Below are positions 31,228 to 40,811 of a DNA stretch of 64,000 nt, piece after piece. How positions within the stretch are numbered: the first letter of the stretch is position 1; each line of letters opens with the position of its first letter. The notes under the pieces are model-generated. The model was not told the origin of the DNA. It did no database searches and saw nothing but the letters and a program-made list of their open reading frames with translations. The stretch lies in contig JAWVXD010000004.1 in NCBI GenBank assembly GCA_033723415.1, positions 128,001-192,000 on the forward strand, in the 5' to 3' direction. This DNA comes from Sulfurospirillaceae bacterium (lineage in GTDB: Bacteria; Campylobacterota; Campylobacteria; Campylobacterales; Sulfurospirillaceae). The translations under genes were made by a program, and so were the position numbers.

Positions 31228-32007
31228 ATGTTTAACATATTTAAAAAAAAGAAGAAAGAGGTTATTACTCTAAAAGTACAACCTGTAGAAAATTTTACCA
31301 ATATAGATAACTTTATAAAGTATTTCAGAGAAGATACCGGAATAGATTTTTCAAACAAAAAAGAAATAGTCAAAAATAAGCTCATTATTTTTTGCAGAAG
31401 CCATAATATTCACAATTTTGATGAATGTCTAGCAAAAGTTAAAAATAACGAATCAATAAAACAAGAATTAATAGATACGTTTGCAGTTAACGAAACATAC
31501 TTTTTCAGAGAGCTAAAACAGATCCAAGAAGTGATAAAGAAAGCTAAAAACATAAAATCCAAGATAGAGATCCTTTGCGCGCCAAGCTCATCTGGAGAAG
31601 AACCCTACTCTATAGCTATATTGCTTTTAGAAGAAGGTTTTAGCGCAGATACTTTTCATATAGTCGGTATTGACATAAGCGACAAGGTCATCACAAAGGC
31701 GAGGGAAGCAATCTACAGTAAAAGAAGTCTACATCGTGTAGATCAAAGCCTCATTAACAAATATTTTACCCTCACAGAAGACAAATATATACTTAAAGAT
31801 ATTGTCAAAAGACAAGTGTCTTTTAGACGAGTCAATATATTTGATGTAGGCTTTAACAATCTAAGAAAGTTTGATTATATTTTTTCAAGAAATATGATGA
31901 TCTACTTTGACGACGAGACAAAAAAGAGAGCAAAATCTATCTTGCAAAAACTTCTTAAAGATCCGCAAGAACCGATATTGTTTGGTCATGCGGATATGTC
32001 ACATTGA
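31228..32007 (+). CDS. cheR: CheR chemoreceptor methyltransferase
   Basis: NETYFFRE, SSSGEEPYSIA, GIDIS, FSRNMMIYFD and FGHAD. Confidence 0.93.
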   Translation: MFNIFKKKKKEVITLKVQPVENFTNIDNFIKYFREDTGIDFSNKKEIVKNKLIIFCRSHNIHNFDECLAKVKNNESIKQELIDTFAVNETYFFRELKQIQEVIKKAKNIKSKIEILCAPSSSGEEPYSIAILLLEEGFSADTFHIVGIDISDKVITKAREAIYSKRSLHRVDQSLINKYFTLTEDKYILKDIVKRQVSFRRVNIFDVGFNNLRKFDYIFSRNMMIYFDDETKKRAKSILQKLLKDPQEPILFGHADMSH

Positions 32008-32018
32008 TATAAAAATCT

Positions 32019-32678
32019 CTATTCTTGAGTTGTGGTCTCACCTATCGGTAGAAATTCCATTTTATCATCATCGTAAAATTCTATCTCACCGCTTTCGATG
32101 CGATAATACCATCCTCTTATAGATAAGGTTCCGGCATTTACTTTTTCAAGGACAGTTGGATAAGAGAGAAGATTTTGTAAAGAAAAAACAACAGAAATTT
32201 GTTCAGTCATCTCTAACTTTTGCCTTGGACTAAACTCTTCTACTTTGTCGATATTTTCAATCACTTTTTTAGCTTTTTCTCCAAGTTCCAGCCATTTTTT
32301 TACATGGATCATAGAATCAGGATCTATCTTGTCTCTTTGATAAACTCCTTCAATAGCTCCACAATGAGAGTGCCCGCATACTATGATGTCTGTTACTCCC
32401 AGCATCGAAACCGCATACTCTATAGCAGCAGCCGTTCCGTGAAAATCGACATCAGGCTTAAAAGGAGGAATAAAATTGCCTATATTTCTGACAACAAAAA
32501 GATCTCCCGGATTTGAATTTGTTATCAAACTAGGTACTACTCTTGAATCACAACATCCGATAAAAAGAGCTTTGGGACTTTGTCCTTTTTTTACCAAGTC
32601 TATATATCTCTCTTTATGTTTTTTAAAACTTTGTTTTTTAAAATCTTCAGTCCCCTGCATCAACTCAGATATACCCAT
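32019..32678 (-). CDS. Beta-class carbonic anhydrase
   Basis: GQSP, GCCDSRV, RNIGN, AIEYAV and GHSHCG. Confidence 0.94.
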   Translation of the reverse strand: MGISELMQGTEDFKKQSFKKHKERYIDLVKKGQSPKALFIGCCDSRVVPSLITNSNPGDLFVVRNIGNFIPPFKPDVDFHGTAAAIEYAVSMLGVTDIIVCGHSHCGAIEGVYQRDKIDPDSMIHVKKWLELGEKAKKVIENIDKVEEFSPRQKLEMTEQISVVFSLQNLLSYPTVLEKVNAGTLSIRGWYYRIESGEIEFYDDDKMEFLPIGETTTQE

Positions 32679-32697
32679 AAATACTCCTATGTAATGA

Positions 32698-33036
32698 TTA
32701 AAATGTCAAGATCGGCTTACCTGATTTTAGCCAATCACTTAACAGCACACCGGTATAAAAAACCTCTACTCCGCAACTTTGCAGAGCATCTTTGATCTCC
32801 AGATTTTCACTGCATTTTTGACAGGCTTGCACTTTGACTCCTACGTCACTCATCTCTTTTATTTTTGCTTGAATCTCTTTATCTTCACTTAAAATTTTTT
32901 GCGATGCACCCCAAATGAGGAGCGTGACCTCATCAAACCAACCTTTTAGTTTTGCATTTAGAGTGTAGAGAAAAACCATATTGTGTATCGTTTCTTTGTT
33001 GTCAGTCGTCCAAACTACCATCAGTTCATTTTTCAT
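32698..33036 (-). CDS. DsrE-family protein
   Basis: GWFDEVTLLIWGAS and GVKVQACQKCS. Confidence 0.8.
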   Translation of the reverse strand: MKNELMVVWTTDNKETIHNMVFLYTLNAKLKGWFDEVTLLIWGASQKILSEDKEIQAKIKEMSDVGVKVQACQKCSENLEIKDALQSCGVEVFYTGVLLSDWLKSGKPILTF

Positions 33037-33119
33037 TTTATTTCTCCTTTAATTTGAGACAAGTCCCAAATTAAATTCCTCTCACTAAAGCTTTCGCTTT
33101 GCGAAGAAATTTTGTGTCT
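33033..33119 (-). repeat. Two-hairpin intergenic repeat element, copy B
   Basis: TTCGC-AAA-GCGAA, linker, TTAATTTGGGAC-TT-GTCTCAAATTAA, then AAAGGAGA. The frame RHKISSQSESFSERNLIWDLSQIKGEIK follows the upstream stop in frame and ends in an ATGA overlap with the dsrE start. Confidence 0.85.
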
Positions 33120-34337
33120 TTATTCCTTCACTTCGTATGTTTCATCCGGTTTCATCTCAATCACTTTCCAAGGTAACCCTTGAACATTTAACTCATCCAT
33201 AAAAGGTTTGGCATCAAAATTTTCCATATTGTATACACCTTTGCCGCTCCATTTGCCCTCCAAGATCATCTTTGCACCGATCATTGCAGGAACTCCCGTC
33301 GTATAGCTGATAGCTTGAGCACCAGTTTCTCTAAAACAAGCTTGGTGATCGCAAACATTGTAAATATATACTTTTTTCTTCTTTCCGTCTTTGATCCCCT
33401 CGATCACACAGCCGATATTTGTCTGCCCTACCGTTCTGGCTCCCAGACTCGCAGGATCAGGTAAAAGTTTTGCCAAAAGCTCCATAGGCACTACTTTGAC
33501 ACCGTTTACCTCTACTTCATCTATCCTTAACATCCCGACATTTTCCAAGCATTTCATGTGAGTGAGGTAACTCTGTCCAAAGGTCATAAAAAATCGAATC
33601 CTTTTCAAGCCTTTTATATTTTTACAAAGTGATTCCAGCTCTTCATGATATAAAAGATAGCTGTCTTTTGGACCGATCTCAGGATAATCCCAAACCATCT
33701 TGATCTCCATCGGTTTTGTCTCGACCCATTTGCCCTCTTCCCAATATCTGCCGTTTGAGCTTACTTCTCGCAGATTGATCTCAGGATTAAAGTTTGTAGC
33801 AAAGGGATAGCCATGATCTCCGGCATTACAATCGAGTATATCAATAGAGTTGATCTCATCAAACAAATACTGCTGTGCATAAGCACAAAAAACATTTGTA
33901 ACGCCCGGATCAAATCCGCTTCCGAGCAATCCCATGATCCCGGCTTCTTTAAATTTTGCATCTCTTGCCCATTGCTCTTTGTATTCAAACTTAGCCAGGT
34001 CAGGATGTTCATAATTTGCAGTATCAAGATAGTCAACTTTAGTTTTTGCACAAGCATCCATGATAGTCAAATCTTGGTAAGGCAAAGCGATGTTCATGAC
34101 AAGCTCAGGTTTTACTTTTTCTATTAATTCAACCAACTCTTGAACATTGTCCGCATCGACTTTTGCGGTATTTATCACGACGCCTAGATCATCTTTTATC
34201 TCTTTGGCTATTTGATCACATTTTGATTTTGTTCTGCTAGCCAGTGTAATTTGTGTAAATACATCGCTATTCATTGCACACTTTTTCGTGACGACTCTGC
34301 TAACACCGCCTGCGCCTATAATCAATACATTTGCCAT
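33120..34337 (-). CDS. Carboxy(nor)spermidine dehydrogenase/synthase (saccharopine dehydrogenase family)
   Basis: IIGAGGV, ALPYQDLTIMDAC, YLDTANYE, GSGFDPG and FATNFNPEINLRE; nspC is nearby. Confidence 0.92.
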   Translation of the reverse strand: MANVLIIGAGGVSRVVTKKCAMNSDVFTQITLASRTKSKCDQIAKEIKDDLGVVINTAKVDADNVQELVELIEKVKPELVMNIALPYQDLTIMDACAKTKVDYLDTANYEHPDLAKFEYKEQWARDAKFKEAGIMGLLGSGFDPGVTNVFCAYAQQYLFDEINSIDILDCNAGDHGYPFATNFNPEINLREVSSNGRYWEEGKWVETKPMEIKMVWDYPEIGPKDSYLLYHEELESLCKNIKGLKRIRFFMTFGQSYLTHMKCLENVGMLRIDEVEVNGVKVVPMELLAKLLPDPASLGARTVGQTNIGCVIEGIKDGKKKKVYIYNVCDHQACFRETGAQAISYTTGVPAMIGAKMILEGKWSGKGVYNMENFDAKPFMDELNVQGLPWKVIEMKPDETYEVKE

Positions 34338-34340
34338 TTT

Positions 34341-34934
34341 TTACCTTTTTAAAATTTTTAATATAATCTTCGCCAGCTCCAAAGCTTTCGAGCGATGCGA
34401 AATATCCTCTTTTATACCATCATCCAATTCACCCAAAGTCTTATCATAGCCAAGCGGTATAAATATCGGGTCATACCCAAAGCCGTTTTCACCTTTTTTT
34501 TCATCTATCACATTACCATGCATCCACCCATGGACACAAAATTCATTGCCTTTATACACTAAAGCGATCGCTGCTGTATAAAATGCTGGTGTACTCTTGA
34601 GATTATTTTGTTTCAGTACCGATATAAGCTTGTCTAGATTTTGTAGAGAGGTAGCACCTTCTCCTGCATATCTTGCACTGTAAATCCCGGGTTCGCCACC
34701 CAGTGCATCGACACTGATACCGCTGTCATCTGATAAAACGATCGCGTCTTTGTCATCTAATCTTTCATAAACGGATCTTGCTTTGATCAATGCATTCTCT
34801 TTGAAACTAGATCCGTCTTCTATGATCTCAAACGGCTCCATCACTTCTTCAAAGGAAAAAACATCAAAATCTTTCATATATGACTTAAATTCTTTTATCT
34901 TGCCTTTATTTGCAGTTGCCAAAATTATCTTCAA
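34341..34934 (-). CDS. rdgB: Non-canonical purine NTP pyrophosphatase
   Basis: [31 protein letters not shown] and SHR. Confidence 0.95.
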   Translation of the reverse strand: MKIILATANKGKIKEFKSYMKDFDVFSFEEVMEPFEIIEDGSSFKENALIKARSVYERLDDKDAIVLSDDSGISVDALGGEPGIYSARYAGEGATSLQNLDKLISVLKQNNLKSTPAFYTAAIALVYKGNEFCVHGWMHGNVIDEKKGENGFGYDPIFIPLGYDKTLGELDDGIKEDISHRSKALELAKIILKILKR

Positions 34935-35031
34935 TATAATCCTTTGTACATTTAAAGAAAAATTTTACCTATTTTTTGTTTAAAATCTATATATACGAAT
35001 TTAAAATTCTCGTCCAAAGTAGATAAAATAG

Positions 35032-36114
35032 CTAGCGTTTTGATATTTTGGCAAATTTTTTCAAATACTCTTTAAATAAAAAGTAAAATATAAATATCCA
35101 TAAAATTACACTGCTTATAACCGATAACCACCCTAGATTTTCAGCTACCTGCGTTAAAGATCGAGGATCAATATTTGCTATATCAAAAATATAATCAAGA
35201 CCCAAACCAAACACTATACTTCCGATCACAATGCTCAGAAGATAGATGTAAAGCGATTTTTTGCCTAGTATCTTTTTGACGACACCCATTGTCACTATAT
35301 TTGTAGCAGGTCCCGCGCACAAAAATACAAAGGCTGCTCCGGCACTGACTCCTGAGAGCATCAAAGAAGCGGCAATCGGAAGTGAAGCAGTTGCACAAAC
35401 ATACATAGGTACGGCTATTGCAATAGAGAGTATATATGAAAGCCAAGAATATTGTATCAAGATGTCACTCAGACTCTGAGGAATAGCTACACTAATAACG
35501 GCTCCTACCACAAGACCTATGAAAAGCGGTTTTGCTATATCTCCAAGAAGTGTTATAAATCCGTATCTAAGAGCATTTATGATGGAAAATTTTTTATTTG
35601 TCACATTCTCTTGAGGTATTGTCGTAAAAGATGTTGCTCTAAACGTTTTTGTTTTTAGAGTATTGTTTTGCATAGAGAACATTGGCTCTTTTATCGGAGC
35701 ACTTTTATCAAATAAATTTGCAAAAATACCGGCAAACAATGCTATGACCATAGATGCAAAAACACGGTAAATAGTAAATAAAAAACCGAACATTCCATAA
35801 GTTGCCAAGATCGAATCGACCCCGGTTATAGGAGTTGAGATCAAAAATGACAAAGTTGCGCCTTTGCTTGCTCCGCTTTTTTTGATACTAGTAGCTAAAG
35901 GTACGACTCCGCAAGAACAAACTGGAAGCGGAATACCAAAGACCGTGGCTTTGATAACTGAAAAAATATTGTCTTTCCCTAGATGTTTTGTCACTAAGCC
36001 CTCAGGAACTGCTTCATGTAAAATTCCTGCAAATATCAATCCAAACAAAATATATGGGGCCATAGCGTTACTTAAAGAAGCTAAAGCTTCAAAAAAACTA
36101 TATAAAATAGACAT
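35032..36114 (-). CDS. DUF318/SO_0444-type metal efflux permease
   Basis: GIPLPVCSCGVVP, SFLISTP, PMYVCATASLP and AGPATN. Confidence 0.85.
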   Translation of the reverse strand: MSILYSFFEALASLSNAMAPYILFGLIFAGILHEAVPEGLVTKHLGKDNIFSVIKATVFGIPLPVCSCGVVPLATSIKKSGASKGATLSFLISTPITGVDSILATYGMFGFLFTIYRVFASMVIALFAGIFANLFDKSAPIKEPMFSMQNNTLKTKTFRATSFTTIPQENVTNKKFSIINALRYGFITLLGDIAKPLFIGLVVGAVISVAIPQSLSDILIQYSWLSYILSIAIAVPMYVCATASLPIAASLMLSGVSAGAAFVFLCAGPATNIVTMGVVKKILGKKSLYIYLLSIVIGSIVFGLGLDYIFDIANIDPRSLTQVAENLGWLSVISSVILWIFIFYFLFKEYLKKFAKISKR

Positions 36115-36205
36115 TCTTTAACCTTTTAATTTAAAATCCGTTTTTATTAACACAGTATAATCTATTTATAATAATATTAATATTAATTATCAATAAGGTT
36201 TAGAT

Positions 36206-37762
36206 ATGAAAAAAAACTTACAAATTATTTTTGATTATCATGAGGAGACAAAACACTCTTACTCAAGATATGCCAGGTCTTTAGGATATATGGATTGGGC
36301 AAATCAGCCAAATCCATACCGCTCATACAATGGCGCTAAAAACATAAAACTGCCTATCATGTTAGATTCCAAAACTCCGACATATAGTGAAATTTTTACC
36401 GATTCACTTCCAAATGCCGCACTCTGCATAAACTCCATATCAAAATTTTTACAATTTTCTCTAGGATTAGCCGCTATCAAAACAGACGGATACAACGAAT
36501 GGGCGCTTCGATGCAATGCATCAAGCGGTAATCTTCATCCGAGCGAAGCATATTTGATCTTGCCTCCGACTCCAGATATAAGTGCAAAAACGACCATCTC
36601 TCACTATGCGCCTAAAGACCACAGTCTGGAGATCATAGGAGAGCTTGATATTGATATTTGGCAAAAACTTCCAAAAGAATCTTTTTTTATATGCGTCTCT
36701 TCAATCGTCTATAGAGAGGTCTGGAAATACGGAGAACGCGCATTTAGGTACTGTTTGTTAGATGCAGGTCATGCTATGAGAGCTATTCAGATAAGTGCTA
36801 AGATTTTAGGCTGGAGATATAATCTTATTGGCGATATAGAAGATCACCGACTATCAAAAATATTTGGTTTTGAGAACAAGGATCGTTTTAATGAAAATGA
36901 GACAGAAGTTCCGGAAATGATGCTTCTAGTGACGCCATTCAGCGAAAAAGATGAGTATATCTATGAAAACATACTAAAGGATTTATATCCAAATCTTGAC
37001 ACCATTGCGAACAACATAGCACAAAATTACCAATCATGGCCGCTCATAGATCTAATCGAGGAAGCAACCAACTCAAATATGCAAAAAACCAAAAACTATA
37101 ACATTCCAGAGGCAAAGAGATCTTGTAAAAAAGAAGCAAAAGATGTTGTATTGCAAAGAAGAAGCGCACAGATCATGGATCATAACAACAGCAACATCGC
37201 CTACCGAGAATTTTACACGCTCTTGCAAAGCTCAGATGACAGTTTTAGTCTTCCCTCAAATGTAGTCAATCTTGTCATCTTTGTACATGGTGTCGAAGAT
37301 CTACAACAAGGTCTATATATTTATATGCGAAACCAGGAACTCCAAGATGAATTAAAAACCTCTTTGGATGCATCGTTTTTATGGGAAAAGATAGATGAAA
37401 AATTATATCTACTAAAAGTTGGCGATTTTAGAAATACTGCCAGAAATATTTCATGTTCACAGGCAATTGCAAGTGATTCAGCATTTAGTTTGGGAATGCT
37501 GACACGATTTTCCGATGAAATCTTGCAAAACGGAGCTCACAGATACAAAGAATTATACTGGGAATGCGGGGCAATAGGTCAGCAACTCTATCTCGAAGCG
37601 ACATCTTTAAACTTGAGTGCCACAGGTATCGGATGCTTCTTAGATGATATTTTTCATAATATTTTAGGACTAAGATCAAACAATTACCAATCCTTGTATC
37701 ATTTTACGATAGGACGGGGATTTAAAGACGACAGAATAACTACAAAAAAACCTTATAGCTAA
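36206..37762 (+). CDS. SagB/ThcOx-type tandem nitroreductase-domain flavoprotein
   Basis: YHEETKH, DWANQPNPYR, LRCNASSGNLHPSE, WKYGERAFRY and QQLYLEA...ATGIGCF. Confidence 0.82.
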   Translation: MKKNLQIIFDYHEETKHSYSRYARSLGYMDWANQPNPYRSYNGAKNIKLPIMLDSKTPTYSEIFTDSLPNAALCINSISKFLQFSLGLAAIKTDGYNEWALRCNASSGNLHPSEAYLILPPTPDISAKTTISHYAPKDHSLEIIGELDIDIWQKLPKESFFICVSSIVYREVWKYGERAFRYCLLDAGHAMRAIQISAKILGWRYNLIGDIEDHRLSKIFGFENKDRFNENETEVPEMMLLVTPFSEKDEYIYENILKDLYPNLDTIANNIAQNYQSWPLIDLIEEATNSNMQKTKNYNIPEAKRSCKKEAKDVVLQRRSAQIMDHNNSNIAYREFYTLLQSSDDSFSLPSNVVNLVIFVHGVEDLQQGLYIYMRNQELQDELKTSLDASFLWEKIDEKLYLLKVGDFRNTARNISCSQAIASDSAFSLGMLTRFSDEILQNGAHRYKELYWECGAIGQQLYLEATSLNLSATGIGCFLDDIFHNILGLRSNNYQSLYHFTIGRGFKDDRITTKKPYS

Positions 37763-37769
37763 AAATAGC

Positions 37770-37806
37770 TACAACAATATGATTACTTTTTAATCATATT
37801 GTTGTA
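37770..37806. promoter_or_regulatory. Perfect 16-bp inverted repeat upstream of urtA (operator or terminator)
   Basis: TACAACAATATGATTA-CTTTT-TAATCATATTGTTGTA, immediately followed by TATAAT. Confidence 0.55.
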
Positions 37807-37877
37807 TTATAATAATAGTTTATATTGTATACTCCTAATTAGAAATTCGTTTTCTAAAAAAATATTAGGAGAAAAAC

Positions 37878-39161
37878 ATGGTAAAGATGCTTTCAAAATG
37901 CTTATCTATACTTGCTATAGTAGGCATGAGTATGACTATGCAAGCTGCAGGTACGATCAAGATCGGAGTATTGCACTCTCTATCCGGTACAATGGCGATT
38001 TCAGAGACTGCATTAAAAGATACAGTTCTTATGTTGATTGCTGAGCAGAACAAAAAAGGCGGCGTATTGGGCAAGAAATTGGTACCAGTAGTAGTTGACC
38101 CTGCATCTAATTGGCCATTATTTGCTGAAAAGATGAGAGGGCTTTTAACCAAAGACAAAGTTGCCGTGACATTTGGTTGTTGGACATCAGTTTCAAGAAA
38201 ATCTGTTCTTCCTGTAGTTCAAGAATTAGACGGCATTTTATTTTATCCTGTACAATATGAAGGCGAAGAATCTTCTAGAAATGTATTTTATACGGGAGCT
38301 GCACCAAATCAACAAGCGATCCCTGCCGTTGATTATCTTATGAACGAAGTGGGCGTTAAAAGATGGGTACTAGCCGGAACAGACTATGTTTATCCAAGAA
38401 CTACAAACAAAATCTTAAAAGCATATTTGAAATCAAAAGGCGTAAAAGATAGTGACATTATGGTGAACTATACGCCATTTGGGTATTCAGATTGGCAAAG
38501 TATTGTCTCAAAAATCAAAAAATTCGGAAGTGCCGGTAAAAAAACAGCGGTTGTTTCTACTATAAACGGAGATGCAAACGTTCCTTTTTACAAAGAACTT
38601 GCAAACCAAGGCATCAGTGCAGAGAACATCCCTGTAGTCGCATTTTCAGTTGGAGAGCAAGAGCTTTCAGGACTTGATGCAAAACCTCTTGTAGGTCACC
38701 TTGCAGCTTGGAATTACTTTGAAAGCGTTGAAAGCCCGGCAAATAGTAAATTTATCGCAGAGTGGAAAAAATTTACTAAAAATCCAAAAGCTGTGACAAA
38801 TGATCCTATGGAAGCGACATATATCGGTTTTCATATGTGGGTAAAAGCAGTTGAAAAAGCGGGAACTACAAAACCAGATGCTGTCATAGACGCTATGGTA
38901 GGTATTTCTGTACCAAACTTAACAGGTGGAATTGCTACTATGATGCCAAATCACCACTTGACAAAACCTGTATTTATCGGTGAGATACAAGCAAACGGTC
39001 AGTTTGAAACAGTATGGAGGACACCGGGTGAAGTTGTCGGAGATGCTTGGAGTGACTTTTTACCGGGAAGTAAAGACTTGATCTCTGATTGGAGAAAACC
39101 TTTAAGTTGCGGAAATTACAACGTAAAAACAGGAAAGTGCTCAGGACAAAACTTTAAATAA
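37878..39161 (+). CDS. urtA: Urea ABC transporter substrate-binding protein
   Basis: LHSLSGTMAISE, DPASNWPLFAEK, FGCWTSVSRK and FYPVQYEGEE. Confidence 0.95.
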   Translation: MVKMLSKCLSILAIVGMSMTMQAAGTIKIGVLHSLSGTMAISETALKDTVLMLIAEQNKKGGVLGKKLVPVVVDPASNWPLFAEKMRGLLTKDKVAVTFGCWTSVSRKSVLPVVQELDGILFYPVQYEGEESSRNVFYTGAAPNQQAIPAVDYLMNEVGVKRWVLAGTDYVYPRTTNKILKAYLKSKGVKDSDIMVNYTPFGYSDWQSIVSKIKKFGSAGKKTAVVSTINGDANVPFYKELANQGISAENIPVVAFSVGEQELSGLDAKPLVGHLAAWNYFESVESPANSKFIAEWKKFTKNPKAVTNDPMEATYIGFHMWVKAVEKAGTTKPDAVIDAMVGISVPNLTGGIATMMPNHHLTKPVFIGEIQANGQFETVWRTPGEVVGDAWSDFLPGSKDLISDWRKPLSCGNYNVKTGKCSGQNFK

Positions 39162-39166
39162 CATAC

Positions 39167-39187
39167 AGACCGGGAGTCTCCCGGTCT
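39167..39187 (+). other. Intercistronic GC-rich stem-loop after urtA (partial terminator or mRNA stabiliser)
   Basis: AGACCGGGAG-T-CTCCCGGTCT. Confidence 0.6.
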
Positions 39188-39203
39188 TCAATATTGGATT
39201 AAC

Positions 39204-40808
39204 ATGGCAAAACTACTTTTAAAGATATTACTTTTTAATTTATTATTATTTTCTTCGCTTTACTCAAGCGATTTTGAGAGTGAACTAGGTCCGCTCACAA
39301 AAAGCTACGGCTTTAGGCAAAAAGAACAGACGATAGAGAAGATTTCACAACAATACGCAAACAATGAAGCACTACGTACTTTGTTAAACGCTCTACTCAA
39401 TGAAAATCTTTTTTTCGTTAAAGATAGCAAAAAATTTGTGGTAACGATCAAAAAAGATGGCGAAACTTATGAGGTTATAGATCTTATGACAAAAGAAAAG
39501 CTAAAACCTGTAAGCAAGTATCTACTGGAGAGAGTCAAAACAAATAATAAATTAAGAAGTATTGCAAGAGGTCGACTTGCAGATTTAAATCTTTTTTCCA
39601 AAGATCAAGAGATCCGACTAAGATCTGCAAAAAATATCTTAAAAAACTTAAATAAAAACTCGATTGTTCTAATCAATAAAGCATTAAAAAATGAAAAAGA
39701 TGCTGCAGTTATAAGAGTTTTGGGTGAAGCCAGAAGTATTTTAGAAGTGGATTACGGTACAAAAGCCGAGCGATTGATCGCTGTAGAAAAATTAGGTAAT
39801 TTTCTCTCACCTCAAGCTTTACAAGCTTTACAAAAGACTTATAATACAAGCACGGATCAGGATATTAAAAAATCTGCAGCTACCTCCATCGCTGCGATAA
39901 AATCTAAAAAATCTATCTATGCATTTATCGAAAAGGCCTTTTTTGGCTTGAGTTTGGGATCTATTTTGCTTCTTGCCGCGATCGGTCTGGCCATCACATT
40001 TGGAGTCATGAAGGTTATAAATATGGCCCATGGCGAGATGATGATGATAGGAGCTTATACTACGTATACTTTACAACAACTTTTACCGAACATGACTGAG
40101 TATTCTGTCATCTTGGCGATACCCTTAGCATTTATCGTAAGCGGACTTGTCGGTATCATACTAGAGCGCCTTGTAATAAGACATCTCTATGGAAGACCGC
40201 TTGAGACGCTTTTGGCAACTTTTGGGATAAGTTTGATATTGCAGCAACTTGTCAGGAGTATCTACTCTCCTCTAAACCAAGAAGTAAAAACACCACAATG
40301 GATGAGTGGAGCTTTGGAGATAAACGGCGCGCTGTCTTTAACATACAACAGACTCTATATCATCATTTTTGCCCTGCTTGTATTTGCGGGAATATTACTG
40401 CTTTTGAACAAAACGTCTCTTGGGTTAAAAGTACGTGCCGTCACACAAAACCGTGAAATGGCACAAGCCATGGGCATTCGAACCGGACTCATCGATGCAC
40501 TCACTTTTGGACTAGGTTCAGGAATAGCCGGAATTGCAGGAGTCGCTCTAAGCCAACTGACCAATGTCGGGCCGAATCTTGGACAATCCTATATAGTAGA
40601 TTCGTTTATGGTCGTGGTTTTTGGAGGAGTCGGCAATCTTTGGGGAACGCTTATCAGTGCCTTGACACTTGGAGAGATCAACAAATTCATCGAGCCAGTT
40701 GCCGGTGCTGTCTTGGCAAAGGTCATCATCCTCGTCTTTATCATTTTATTTATACAAAAACGACCTCGCGGACTATTTCCGCAAAAGGGTCGGGATGCAC
40801 AGGATTAA
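39204..40808 (+). CDS. urtB: Urea ABC transporter permease with long periplasmic N-terminus
   Basis: GLAITFGVMKVINMAHGE, LYGRPLETLLATFG and FIQKRPRGLF. Confidence 0.94.
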   Translation: MAKLLLKILLFNLLLFSSLYSSDFESELGPLTKSYGFRQKEQTIEKISQQYANNEALRTLLNALLNENLFFVKDSKKFVVTIKKDGETYEVIDLMTKEKLKPVSKYLLERVKTNNKLRSIARGRLADLNLFSKDQEIRLRSAKNILKNLNKNSIVLINKALKNEKDAAVIRVLGEARSILEVDYGTKAERLIAVEKLGNFLSPQALQALQKTYNTSTDQDIKKSAATSIAAIKSKKSIYAFIEKAFFGLSLGSILLLAAIGLAITFGVMKVINMAHGEMMMIGAYTTYTLQQLLPNMTEYSVILAIPLAFIVSGLVGIILERLVIRHLYGRPLETLLATFGISLILQQLVRSIYSPLNQEVKTPQWMSGALEINGALSLTYNRLYIIIFALLVFAGILLLLNKTSLGLKVRAVTQNREMAQAMGIRTGLIDALTFGLGSGIAGIAGVALSQLTNVGPNLGQSYIVDSFMVVVFGGVGNLWGTLISALTLGEINKFIEPVAGAVLAKVIILVFIILFIQKRPRGLFPQKGRDAQD

Positions 40809-40811
40809 AAA

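Noticed and set aside
36206..37762. RiPP (thiazole/oxazole-modified peptide) cluster suggested by the SagB/ThcOx-like gene
   Set aside because: No YcaO, precursor peptide or exporter nearby; it looks like a stand-alone nitroreductase-family gene.
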